Shown: positions 47,464-56,601 of the stretch, in pieces
How the letters are laid out: the number at the start of each line of letters is the position of its first letter
Numbering within the stretch: the stretch's first letter is position 1
From: Escherichia coli
Lineage (GTDB): Bacteria > Pseudomonadota > Gammaproteobacteria > Enterobacterales > Enterobacteriaceae
Strand: one strand, 5' to 3'
Assembly: GCF_003790525.1 (NCBI RefSeq)
Contig: NZ_CP033635.1
Length of the DNA: 64,000 bases
The notes under the pieces: generated by a model
Told to the model about the DNA's origin: nothing
The model's input: only the letters and a program-made list of their open reading frames with translations
Database searches by the model: none
Position numbers and translations under genes: made by a program

Positions 47464-48203
47464 GTAACTGGCCTTATCCCCGCATCGTCGCCCATCGTGG
47501 CGGCGGTAAACTGGCCCCGGAGAACACCCTGGCAGCAATCGACGTCGGGGCAAAATACGGTCATAAGATGATCGAATTTGACGCGAAGTTATCGAAAGAT
47601 GGCGAGATCTTCCTGCTCCATGACGACAATCTTGAACGCACCAGCAACGGCTGGGGCGTCGCGGGCGATCTGAACTGGCAGGATTTACTGCGCGTGGATG
47701 CAGGCAGTTGGTACAGCAAAGCGTTTAAAGGTGAGCCACTGCCGTTGCTTTCGCAGGTGGCGGAACGTTGTCGCAAACACGGGATGATGGCGAATATCGA
47801 AATCAAACCCACCACTGGCACCGGGCCATTAACGGGCAAAATGGTGGCGCTGGCGGCACGCGAACTGTGGGCCGGAATGACGCCGCCGCTGCTGTCATCG
47901 TTTGAGATTGATGCTTTAGACGCCGCGCAACAAGCAGTACCAGAACTGCCGCGCGGTTTATTGCTTGATGAGTGGCGCGACGACTGGCGAGAATTGACCG
48001 CGCGACTGGGCTGCGTCTCTATTCATCTCAATCATAAGTTGCTCGATAAAGCGCGAGTGATGCAGTTGAAAGACGCCGGATTACGGATTCTGGTTTATAC
48101 CGTCAATAAACCCCAGCGCGCGGCAGAGTTGCTGCGCTGGGGCGTGGATTGCATCTGTACCGATGCGATTGATGTGATTGGTCCGAACTTTACGGCCCAA
48201 TAG
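47460..48203 (+). CDS. ugpQ: Glycerophosphodiester phosphodiesterase UgpQ
   Basis: 247 aa; GP-PDE motif HRGG at the N-terminus. Confidence 0.93.
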   Translation: MSNWPYPRIVAHRGGGKLAPENTLAAIDVGAKYGHKMIEFDAKLSKDGEIFLLHDDNLERTSNGWGVAGDLNWQDLLRVDAGSWYSKAFKGEPLPLLSQVAERCRKHGMMANIEIKPTTGTGPLTGKMVALAARELWAGMTPPLLSSFEIDALDAAQQAVPELPRGLLLDEWRDDWRELTARLGCVSIHLNHKLLDKARVMQLKDAGLRILVYTVNKPQRAAELLRWGVDCICTDAIDVIGPNFTAQ

Positions 48204-48630
48204 TTTTCAACGGTATATCAGGCTGCGGCGTGCCGGGTTGATTCAGCATGTCGCCGTTTCTCCTCTCCGGCAACATATGCTGCTGATTCAACGAACTATC
48301 CGGATTACGGTTGCTGTTTAACATCCCGCCATTGGTGTTGGGCAGCATTTGCTGCCGGGCGGGATTTCGCTCCCCCGGCTGTGACTGCAACACCCGCTGA
48401 GAATTATTGTTTATCTGGTTTTCTAAATGCTGTTGTTGCAACTGAGTTTGCGTTTTCAGTTGCTGATTCAGCATCCCTTTTTGCTGGATTTGCTGCGTTT
48501 GCATTTGGGTTTGCATCCGCTGCTGACTGGGGATCTGATACCCCGGCTGGTTAGGGTTGTTCAGAGTATTAATGGGCTGTGCAAAGCCGACAAACGGCAG
48601 GAGTGCCGTTAGAATCAGAAGTCGTTTCAT
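48190..48630 (-). CDS. yhhA: Gln-rich secreted protein YhhA (DUF2756)
   Basis: 146 aa; signal peptide and Q-rich low-complexity region; 3' end overlaps ugpQ by 14 nt on the opposite strand. Confidence 0.8.
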   Translation of the reverse strand: MKRLLILTALLPFVGFAQPINTLNNPNQPGYQIPSQQRMQTQMQTQQIQQKGMLNQQLKTQTQLQQQHLENQINNNSQRVLQSQPGERNPARQQMLPNTNGGMLNSNRNPDSSLNQQHMLPERRNGDMLNQPGTPQPDIPLKTIGP

Positions 48631-48749
48631 CGCGTATCCTCCTCTGAAGATATTCTTTAAGTTTACTCCTTTCCTGCAATCATCAGGATTAATTCAGAGT
48701 TATATACCAGGCTTAGCTGGGGTTGCCCCTTAATCTCTGGAGAATAACG

Positions 48750-50495
48750 ATGATAAAACCGACGTTTTTACGCCGGGTGGCCATTGCTGCTCTGTTCACA
48801 GGAAGTTGTTTTAGTACGGTAGCCGCGCCACCTGCGCCGTCTCCTGTTTCTTACGGCGTGGAGGAAGATGTCTTTCATCCGGTACGCGCGAAACAGGGGA
48901 TGGTGGCGTCTGTCGATGCCACTGCCACCCAAGTGGGGGTAGATATTCTAAAGGAGGGCGGGAATGCCGTTGATGCTGCCGTGGCAGTGGGCTACGCGCT
49001 GGCGGTAACGCATCCGCAGGCAGGAAATTTGGGCGGTGGTGGTTTTATGCTGATCCGCTCGAAAAATGGCAATACCACCGCTATCGATTTCCGCGAAATG
49101 GCACCCGCCAAAGCGACCCGCGATATGTTCCTTGATGATCAGGGCAACCCGGACAGCAAAAAATCACTCACTTCGCATCTGGCTTCTGGTACGCCCGGTA
49201 CGGTAGCAGGTTTCTCGCTGGCGTTGGAGAAGTACGGCACCATGCCGTTGAACAAAGTGGTGCAACCGGCGTTTAAACTGGCACGCGATGGTTTTATCGT
49301 TAACGACGCGTTGGCTGACGATCTCAAAACCTACGGTAGCGAAGTATTGCCGAATCACGAAAACAGCAAGGCTATCTTCTGGAAAGAGGGCGCGCCGCTG
49401 AAAAAGGGTGACAAGCTGGTGCAGGCGAACCTGGCAAAGAGCCTGGAGATGATTGCCGAAAACGGCCCGGACGAATTCTACAAAGGCACGATAGCGGAAC
49501 AGATTGCCCAGGAGATGCAGAAAAACGGTGGCTTGATCACTAAAGAAGATTTAGCGGCGTATAAAGCGGTCGAACGTACACCGATTAGCGGCGAATATCG
49601 CGGGTATCAGGTTTACTCGATGCCACCGCCATCTTCCGGTGGGATTCATATCGTGCAGATCCTCAATATCCTGGAAAACTTCGATATGAAGAAATATGGC
49701 TTTGGCAGTGCCGACGCGATGCAAATCATGGCAGAAGCTGAGAAATACGCCTACGCCGACCGCTCGGAATATCTTGGCGATCCGGATTTTGTCAAAGTAC
49801 CGTGGCAGGCGCTGACCAATAAAGCCTATGCCAAATCTATTGCCGATCAAATCGATATCAATAAAGCGAAGCCATCCAGCGAAATTCGCCCCGGCAAGCT
49901 TGCGCCTTATGAGAGTAATCAAACTACCCATTACTCAGTGGTGGATAAAGACGGTAACGCGGTGGCGGTGACCTATACGCTGAACACCACCTTCGGTACG
50001 GGCATTGTCGCGGGCGAGAGCGGTATTCTGCTTAATAACCAGATGGATGATTTCTCCGCCAAACCGGGCGTACCGAACGTTTACGGGCTGGTGGGCGGCG
50101 ATGCCAACGCCGTCGGGCCGAATAAACGCCCGCTGTCGTCGATGTCACCAACCATTGTGGTCAAGGATGGTAAAACCTGGCTGGTCACCGGAAGCCCAGG
50201 CGGTAGCCGGATTATCACCACTGTGCTGCAAATGGTGGTGAATAGCATCGATTATGGAATGAACGTCGCCGAAGCGACCAATGCGCCGCGTTTCCACCAT
50301 CAGTGGTTGCCGGACGAGCTGCGTGTCGAAAAAGGGTTTAGCCCGGATACGATCAAGCTGCTGGAAGCAAAAGGTCAGAAAGTGGCGCTGAAAGAGGCGA
50401 TGGGCAGTACACAAAGCATTATGGTTGGGCCGGACGGTGAGCTGTACGGTGCATCCGACCCACGCTCGGTGGATGATTTAACTGCGGGGTATTAA
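48750..50495 (+). CDS. ggt: Gamma-glutamyltranspeptidase
   Basis: Start at MIKPTFLRR; signal peptide; autoprocessing Thr in QTTHYSV; GGT family. Confidence 0.95.
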   Translation: MIKPTFLRRVAIAALFTGSCFSTVAAPPAPSPVSYGVEEDVFHPVRAKQGMVASVDATATQVGVDILKEGGNAVDAAVAVGYALAVTHPQAGNLGGGGFMLIRSKNGNTTAIDFREMAPAKATRDMFLDDQGNPDSKKSLTSHLASGTPGTVAGFSLALEKYGTMPLNKVVQPAFKLARDGFIVNDALADDLKTYGSEVLPNHENSKAIFWKEGAPLKKGDKLVQANLAKSLEMIAENGPDEFYKGTIAEQIAQEMQKNGGLITKEDLAAYKAVERTPISGEYRGYQVYSMPPPSSGGIHIVQILNILENFDMKKYGFGSADAMQIMAEAEKYAYADRSEYLGDPDFVKVPWQALTNKAYAKSIADQIDINKAKPSSEIRPGKLAPYESNQTTHYSVVDKDGNAVAVTYTLNTTFGTGIVAGESGILLNNQMDDFSAKPGVPNVYGLVGGDANAVGPNKRPLSSMSPTIVVKDGKTWLVTGSPGGSRIITTVLQMVVNSIDYGMNVAEATNAPRFHHQWLPDELRVEKGFSPDTIKLLEAKGQKVALKEAMGSTQSIMVGPDGELYGASDPRSVDDLTAGY

Positions 50496-50500
50496 TATCT

Positions 50501-50529
50501 TAAGCCCTCTCCCGGTAGGTGAGGGCTTA
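50501..50529. terminator. Bidirectional hairpin between the convergent ggt and yhhY genes (TAAGCCCTC/GAGGGCTTA)
   Basis: 9-bp inverted repeat with an 11-nt loop in a 60-bp gap. Confidence 0.55.
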
Positions 50530-50555
50530 AATGACAAACGTAGATTGCAAATTCT

Positions 50556-51044
50556 CTATTTCACCCGCGCCATATAATACGCATCGACATATTCACCATT
50601 ACGCAGCGCGTACTTCTTGCCAGTCCCTTCAATCTCAAAGCCAAATTTTTTATAGACCTTAATTGCTGGCGCGTTATCGACGAACACCGTTAGCTCAATA
50701 CGATCTACCCGCAACCAGTTGTCGCACATTTCAATCATCTCTCGCATCAGGGCGCTGGCGACGCCGCGGTTCTTCCAACGGGAGTCGACACAGATACCAA
50801 AGTCGGCAACATGACTGCGGTGTGGGCGTTGTTGCACGTCAATGGTGAGATGGCCTACGACGATTCCATCAATACAGGCGACTAACTGCTTGATGCCGGG
50901 GCGAGCGGTGAGTCGTTCCAGCCACATTTGTTCTGAAGGATGAGGCACCTGTAGCGTGTTGTAATACACCTCCGGCTGGGCGTGAATCTGCCTGATGGCC
51001 TCGTAATCGCGTGTTTCTGCGTGGCGTATTACTATCTCACTCAT
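50556..51044 (-). CDS. yhhY: GNAT-family N-acetyltransferase YhhY
   Basis: Start at MSEIVIRHA (162 aa); GNAT motifs. Confidence 0.88.
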   Translation of the reverse strand: MSEIVIRHAETRDYEAIRQIHAQPEVYYNTLQVPHPSEQMWLERLTARPGIKQLVACIDGIVVGHLTIDVQQRPHRSHVADFGICVDSRWKNRGVASALMREMIEMCDNWLRVDRIELTVFVDNAPAIKVYKKFGFEIEGTGKKYALRNGEYVDAYYMARVK

Positions 51045-51144
51045 TCCTTTGTCCTCTTTGGGGTAAATGTCCCTTTCAACATCATTGACTTTCAAATGCG
51101 AGTCAAATGCATTTTTTTGCAAAAAGTGTTGGACAAGTGCGAAT

Positions 51145-51163
51145 GAGAATGATTATTATTGTC
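51145..51163 (+). promoter_or_regulatory. Fur box overlapping the ryhB promoter
   Basis: GAGAATGATTATTATTGTC closely matches the Fur consensus and lies immediately 5' of the RyhB +1. Confidence 0.8.
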
Positions 51164-51165
51164 TC

Positions 51166-51255
51166 GCGATCAGGAAGACCCTCGCGGAGAACCTGAAAGC
51201 ACGACATTGCTCACATTGCTTCCAGTATTACTTAGCCAGCCGGGTGCTGGCTTTT
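51166..51255 (+). ncRNA. ryhB: Iron-responsive small RNA RyhB
   Basis: Sequence GCGATCAGGAAGACCCTCGCGGAGAACCTGAAAGCACGACATTGCTCACATTGCTTCCAGTATTACTTAGCCAGCCGGGTGCTGGCTTTT matches RyhB as I remember it, ending in an intrinsic terminator (AGCCAGC/GCTGGCT plus T9). Confidence 0.92.
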
Positions 51256-51377
51256 TTTTTGACCTTTCGTTCTCAATTTATCCTCGGGAAGTGCTTGTGT
51301 TCGTTATGCGCACTCCAGTAGGAACCACGTCCGCTTTGCGCTAAGGTGTAAATAACCACCTTAAAAAGGACGAAATC

Positions 51378-52415
51378 ATGGTCATTAACTGCGCCTTTAT
51401 TGGCTTCGGCAAAAGCACCACCCGTTACCATCTGCCGTATGTACTTAACCGCAAGGATAGCTGGCATGTCGCGCATATTTTTCGCCGCCATGCGAAGCCG
51501 GAAGAACAGGCCCCCATTTATTCCCATATCCATTTCACCAGCGATCTCGACGAAGTGCTAAACGATCCCGATGTTAAGCTGGTTGTCGTCTGCACCCACG
51601 CGGACAGCCACTTCGAGTACGCGAAGCGCGCGCTGGAAGCCGGGAAAAATGTGCTGGTCGAAAAACCGTTCACTCCGACAATTGCGCAGGCGAAAGAGCT
51701 GTTTGCACTGGCGAAAAGCAAAGGGCTGATCGTTACGCCGTATCAGAATCGTCGCTTTGATTCCTGTTTCCTGACAGCGAAAAAAGCGATTGAAAGCGGC
51801 AAGCTGGGAGAGATTGTCGAAGTGGAAAGCCATTTTGACTATTACCGCCCGGTGGCAGAAACCAAACCTGGGCTGCCGCAGGATGGCGCGTTCTATGGCC
51901 TTGGTGTGCATACGATGGACCAGATTATTTCTCTGTTCGGTCGCCCGGATCACGTCGCTTATGACATCCGCAGCCTGCGTAATAAAGCCAATCCGGACGA
52001 CACCTTTGAAGCGCAGCTGTTTTATGGCGATCTAAAAGCCATCGTCAAAACCAGCCATCTGGTGAAAATCGATTATCCGAAATTTATCGTTCACGGTAAG
52101 AAAGGTTCGTTTATTAAATACGGTATCGACCAGCAGGAAACCAGCCTGAAGGCTAATATTATGCCGGGCGAACCGGGATTCGCAGCGGATGATTCGGTCG
52201 GTGTGCTGGAGTATGTCAATGACGAGGGTGTGACGGTCAGAAAAGAGATGAAGCCGGAGGTGGGCGATTACGGGCGCGTTTATGATGCGTTGTATCAAAC
52301 CATCACCAACGGTGCGCCAAATTACGTCAAGGAATCTGAAGTTCTTACCAATTTGGAAATCCTTGAACGCGGTTTTGAGCAAGCCTCTCCCTCCACAGTG
52401 ACTCTCGCGAAGTAA
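51378..52415 (+). CDS. yhhX: Gfo/Idh/MocA-family NAD(P)-dependent oxidoreductase YhhX
   Basis: 345 aa; N-terminal Rossmann fold. Confidence 0.88.
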   Translation: MVINCAFIGFGKSTTRYHLPYVLNRKDSWHVAHIFRRHAKPEEQAPIYSHIHFTSDLDEVLNDPDVKLVVVCTHADSHFEYAKRALEAGKNVLVEKPFTPTIAQAKELFALAKSKGLIVTPYQNRRFDSCFLTAKKAIESGKLGEIVEVESHFDYYRPVAETKPGLPQDGAFYGLGVHTMDQIISLFGRPDHVAYDIRSLRNKANPDDTFEAQLFYGDLKAIVKTSHLVKIDYPKFIVHGKKGSFIKYGIDQQETSLKANIMPGEPGFAADDSVGVLEYVNDEGVTVRKEMKPEVGDYGRVYDALYQTITNGAPNYVKESEVLTNLEILERGFEQASPSTVTLAK

Positions 52416-52537
52416 GTTTGATGGCCCCTCGAATAGTTCAATTTTTTTGAACAGAGGGGTCAATTTTCACCCTCTATCATCCCAGGCAGATCGGGTCCAC
52501 ACTAAGCCCATCGAAAACATTCAGGGGGCGAATACAA

Positions 52538-53233
52538 ATGATCTACTTACGCAAAGCAAATGAACGTGGTCATGCAAATCATGGCTGGCTGGATTCCTGG
52601 CATACTTTCTCTTTTGCCAACTATTACGATCCGAACTTTATGGGCTTCTCCGCGCTGCGCGTGATTAACGACGACGTGATTGAAGCAGGGCAGGGCTTTG
52701 GCACTCACCCGCATAAAGATATGGAAATTTTGACCTACGTGCTGGAAGGTACTGTTGAGCACCAGGACAGCATGGGCAATAAAGAGCAGGTTCCGGCGGG
52801 TGAGTTCCAGATTATGAGTGCGGGTACGGGTATCCGTCACTCTGAGTACAACCCAAGCAGCACCGAGCGTCTGCATCTGTATCAGATCTGGATCATGCCT
52901 GAAGAAAACGGCATTACGCCGCGTTATGAACAGCGTCGCTTCGATGCCGTACAGGGCAAACAGCTGGTGCTCTCGCCGGATGCGCGAGATGGTTCGCTGA
53001 AAGTGCATCAGGATATGGAACTGTATCGTTGGGCATTGCTGAAAGATGAGCAGTCGGTGCATCAGATTGCCGCTGAACGCCGCGTCTGGATCCAGGTGGT
53101 GAAAGGCAATGTCACCATTAACGGCGTGAAAGCCTCGACCAGCGATGGTCTGGCAATCTGGGATGAGCAGGCAATCTCCATTCATGCGGATAGCGACAGC
53201 GAAGTGTTACTGTTCGATCTGCCGCCGGTTTAA
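52538..53233 (+). CDS. yhhW: Pirin-like cupin, quercetin 2,3-dioxygenase YhhW
   Basis: 231 aa; metal-binding His residues of the pirin family (HPH...H). Confidence 0.88.
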   Translation: MIYLRKANERGHANHGWLDSWHTFSFANYYDPNFMGFSALRVINDDVIEAGQGFGTHPHKDMEILTYVLEGTVEHQDSMGNKEQVPAGEFQIMSAGTGIRHSEYNPSSTERLHLYQIWIMPEENGITPRYEQRRFDAVQGKQLVLSPDARDGSLKVHQDMELYRWALLKDEQSVHQIAAERRVWIQVVKGNVTINGVKASTSDGLAIWDEQAISIHADSDSEVLLFDLPPV

Positions 53234-53456
53234 AACTCAACGGCATCTTTGAAGCCTGCCTTTTTGCAGGCTTCCTCGCTCGCTCCGGTCGCGTGCTGAT
53301 GTACGCGACCGGGGTTTTGCCGCGTCGTTAGCACAATGCGATGCAATTGATTTAGTGTATATCTAATAATTGTAAACAAGCACTGTTTTCCCCGGGAAGG
53401 TTCTGAGGCGTCCGTGTTAAACTAAAAGAATCTATCTCTTTTGTACCTTCAGGACG

Positions 53457-54452
53457 ATGAAAAAGAAAAGACCCGTACTTCAGGATGTGGCTGACCGTGT
53501 AGGCGTGACCAAAATGACGGTCAGCCGTTTTTTACGCAACCCGGAGCAGGTTTCCGTCGCTCTACGCGGCAAGATTGCCGCCGCTCTTGATGAACTGGGT
53601 TATATTCCCAATCGCGCACCCGATATCCTCTCTAACGCCACCAGCCGGGCGATTGGCGTCCTGTTACCTTCTCTCACCAACCAGGTTTTTGCGGAAGTAT
53701 TACGCGGAATCGAAAGCGTCACCGACGCGCACGGTTATCAGACCATGCTGGCCCACTACGGTTATAAACCGGAAATGGAGCAAGAACGCCTCGAATCCAT
53801 GCTCTCCTGGAATATCGACGGCCTGATCCTCACTGAACGTACGCACACGCCGCGCACCTTAAAGATGATTGAAGTGGCGGGGATTCCAGTGGTGGAACTG
53901 ATGGACAGCAAGTCGCCGTGCCTCGATATTGCCGTCGGTTTTGATAACTTTGAAGCGGCACGCCAGATGACCACCGCCATTATTGCTCGCGGGCATCGCC
54001 ACATTGCCTATCTCGGCGCACGTCTCGACGAACGTACTATCATCAAACAGAAGGGATACGAACAGGCGATGCTGGATGCAGGCCTGGTGCCATATAGCGT
54101 GATGGTTGAGCAATCTTCTTCTTACTCTTCCGGTATTGAATTGATTCGCCAGGCGAGGCGGGAATATCCGCAGCTGGATGGCGTGTTCTGTACTAATGAT
54201 GACCTGGCGGTCGGCGCGGCGTTTGAATGCCAGCGTCTGGGGTTGAAAGTTCCTGACGATATGGCGATTGCCGGTTTCCATGGTCATGACATTGGTCAGG
54301 TGATGGAACCTCGGTTGGCGAGCGTACTGACGCCGCGTGAGCGGATGGGCAGTATTGGCGCTGAACGCCTGCTGGCGCGTATTCGTGGCGAATCTGTGAC
54401 ACCGAAAATGTTAGATTTAGGTTTCACCTTGTCACCGGGCGGATCTATTTAA
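53457..54452 (+). CDS. gntR: Gluconate repressor GntR (LacI family)
   Basis: 331 aa; N-terminal HTH (LQDVADRVGVTKMTVSRFL) plus periplasmic-binding-protein-like fold. Confidence 0.93.
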   Translation: MKKKRPVLQDVADRVGVTKMTVSRFLRNPEQVSVALRGKIAAALDELGYIPNRAPDILSNATSRAIGVLLPSLTNQVFAEVLRGIESVTDAHGYQTMLAHYGYKPEMEQERLESMLSWNIDGLILTERTHTPRTLKMIEVAGIPVVELMDSKSPCLDIAVGFDNFEAARQMTTAIIARGHRHIAYLGARLDERTIIKQKGYEQAMLDAGLVPYSVMVEQSSSYSSGIELIRQARREYPQLDGVFCTNDDLAVGAAFECQRLGLKVPDDMAIAGFHGHDIGQVMEPRLASVLTPRERMGSIGAERLLARIRGESVTPKMLDLGFTLSPGGSI

Positions 54453-54531
54453 GCCCACAAATTTGAAGTAGCTCACACTTATACACTTAAGGCACGGATG
54501 GATATTGCTTCTGATATTGTCCGGCTGGACA

Positions 54532-54560
54532 ATGTTACCGATAACAGTTACCCGTAACAT
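54532..54560 (+). promoter_or_regulatory. GntR operator(s) in the gntKU promoter (ATGTTACCGATAACAGTTACCCGTAACAT)
   Basis: Characteristic GntR palindromic operator read directly, about 30 bp upstream of gntK. Confidence 0.75.
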
Positions 54561-54590
54561 TTTTAATTCTTGTATTGTGGGGGCACCACT

Positions 54591-55118
54591 TTGAGCACGA
54601 CTAACCATGATCACCACATTTACGTCTTGATGGGCGTATCGGGCAGCGGCAAATCTGCGGTCGCCAGTGAAGTGGCGCATCAACTTCATGCCGCGTTTCT
54701 TGATGGCGATTTCCTCCATCCGCGCTGCAATATCGAAAAAATGGCGTCTGGCGAACCGCTGAATGACGACGATCGCAAACCGTGGTTGCAGGCGCTGAAC
54801 GACGCCGCGTTTGCTATGCAGCGCACTAATAAAGTGTCGCTGATTGTCTGTTCTGCACTGAAAAAACACTATCGTGACCTGCTACGCGCGGGTAATCCGA
54901 ATCTCTCTTTCATCTACCTGAAAGGCGATTTTGATGTGATTGAAAGCCGCCTGAAAGCGCGCAAAGGCCATTTCTTTAAAACCCAAATGTTGGTGACGCA
55001 GTTTGAAACGCTGCAGGAGCCGGGTGCGGACGAAACCGATGTACTGGTGGTAGATATCGATCAACCGCTGGAAGGTGTTGTGGCAAGCACCATTGAGGTT
55101 ATTAAAAAAGGCAAATAA
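54591..55118 (+). CDS. gntK: Thermoresistant gluconokinase GntK
   Basis: TTG start giving MSTTNHDHHIYVLMGVSGSGKS (175 aa); P-loop kinase. Confidence 0.9.
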   Translation: MSTTNHDHHIYVLMGVSGSGKSAVASEVAHQLHAAFLDGDFLHPRCNIEKMASGEPLNDDDRKPWLQALNDAAFAMQRTNKVSLIVCSALKKHYRDLLRAGNPNLSFIYLKGDFDVIESRLKARKGHFFKTQMLVTQFETLQEPGADETDVLVVDIDQPLEGVVASTIEVIKKGK

Positions 55119-55121
55119 GTA

Positions 55122-56462
55122 GTGACTACATTAACGCTTGTTTTAACAGCAGTAGGGTCTGTTTTACTGCTGCTGTTTTTAGTCATGAAGGCGCGTATGC
55201 ACGCTTTCCTGGCTTTAATGGTGGTGTCTATGGGGGCTGGCCTTTTTTCCGGTATGCCGCTCGATAAAATCGCAGCGACGATGGAAAAAGGGATGGGAGG
55301 CACCCTCGGCTTCCTGGCGGTGGTTGTCGCCCTGGGAGCCATGTTTGGCAAGATCTTACATGAAACCGGCGCAGTCGATCAGATTGCCGTCAAAATGCTC
55401 AAATCCTTCGGTCACAGCCGCGCGCATTATGCCATCGGCCTTGCGGGGCTGGTCTGTGCGCTGCCGTTGTTCTTTGAAGTGGCGATTGTTCTGCTGATTA
55501 GCGTTGCTTTCTCAATGGCGCGCCACACCGGTACGAACCTGGTGAAGCTGGTAATCCCATTATTTGCAGGCGTGGCGGCCGCTGCTGCGTTCCTGGTGCC
55601 TGGACCAGCGCCAATGCTGCTGGCATCGCAGATGAACGCCGACTTTGGCTGGATGATCCTGATTGGCCTGTGTGCGGCAATTCCGGGAATGATTATTGCC
55701 GGGCCGCTGTGGGGTAATTTCATCAGCCGCTACGTGGAGCTGCATATTCCTGACGACATCAGCGAACCGCATCTCGGCGAAGGCAAAATGCCATCTTTCG
55801 GATTCAGCCTGTCGCTGATCCTGTTGCCGCTGGTGCTGGTAGGGCTGAAAACCATTGCCGCGCGTTTTGTGCCAGAAGGCTCTACCGCTTACGAATGGTT
55901 CGAGTTTATTGGTCATCCGTTTACCGCGATTCTGGTTGCTTGTCTGGTAGCGATTTATGGCCTGGCAATGCGTCAGGGCATGCCGAAAGATAAAGTGATG
56001 GAAATTTGCGGTCACGCGCTGCAACCGGCGGGGATCATTCTGCTGGTGATTGGTGCGGGCGGCGTATTCAAACAGGTGCTGGTTGACTCTGGCGTAGGTC
56101 CGGCACTGGGCGAAGCGTTAACCGGCATGGGCCTGCCGATTGCCATCACCTGCTTCGTGCTGGCAGCTGCAGTGCGCATCATTCAGGGTTCTGCCACCGT
56201 TGCCTGTTTAACGGCGGTGGGACTGGTGATGCCGGTTATTGAACAACTGAACTACTCCGGTGCGCAAATGGCGGCGCTGTCGATTTGTATCGCCGGTGGT
56301 TCGATTGTTGTCAGCCACGTTAACGACGCGGGTTTCTGGTTGTTCGGTAAATTTACCGGCGCGACCGAAGCCGAAACGCTGAAAACCTGGACCATGATGG
56401 AAACCATACTCGGCACTGTTGGTGCCATCGTTGGGATGATTGCGTTCCAGCTGTTGAGTTAA
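55122..56462 (+). CDS. gntU: Low-affinity gluconate:H+ symporter GntU
   Basis: 446 aa; GntP family. Confidence 0.93.
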   Translation: MTTLTLVLTAVGSVLLLLFLVMKARMHAFLALMVVSMGAGLFSGMPLDKIAATMEKGMGGTLGFLAVVVALGAMFGKILHETGAVDQIAVKMLKSFGHSRAHYAIGLAGLVCALPLFFEVAIVLLISVAFSMARHTGTNLVKLVIPLFAGVAAAAAFLVPGPAPMLLASQMNADFGWMILIGLCAAIPGMIIAGPLWGNFISRYVELHIPDDISEPHLGEGKMPSFGFSLSLILLPLVLVGLKTIAARFVPEGSTAYEWFEFIGHPFTAILVACLVAIYGLAMRQGMPKDKVMEICGHALQPAGIILLVIGAGGVFKQVLVDSGVGPALGEALTGMGLPIAITCFVLAAAVRIIQGSATVACLTAVGLVMPVIEQLNYSGAQMAALSICIAGGSIVVSHVNDAGFWLFGKFTGATEAETLKTWTMMETILGTVGAIVGMIAFQLLS

Positions 56463-56473
56463 TTACTGCGACA

Positions 56474-56501
56474 AATTACTGCGAGCTTGCTCGCAGTAAT
56501 T
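56474..56501 (+). terminator. gntU terminator hairpin (12-bp perfect stem AATTACTGCGAG/CTCGCAGTAATT, loop CTTG)
   Basis: Perfect inverted repeat 12 nt after the gntU stop, followed by a T-rich stretch. Confidence 0.6.
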
Positions 56502-56601
56502 CATTTCTCTTATCTCCTCTCTTCATCTTTTGGATCTCTCTCGCAAATTTACCTGCTAATAATCCGTTCTAATCACTGCCTAAAGATCGCAGGAGATAAA
56601 G

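Noticed and set aside
55560-56024. 154-aa minus-strand ORF
   Set aside because: Antisense to gntU.
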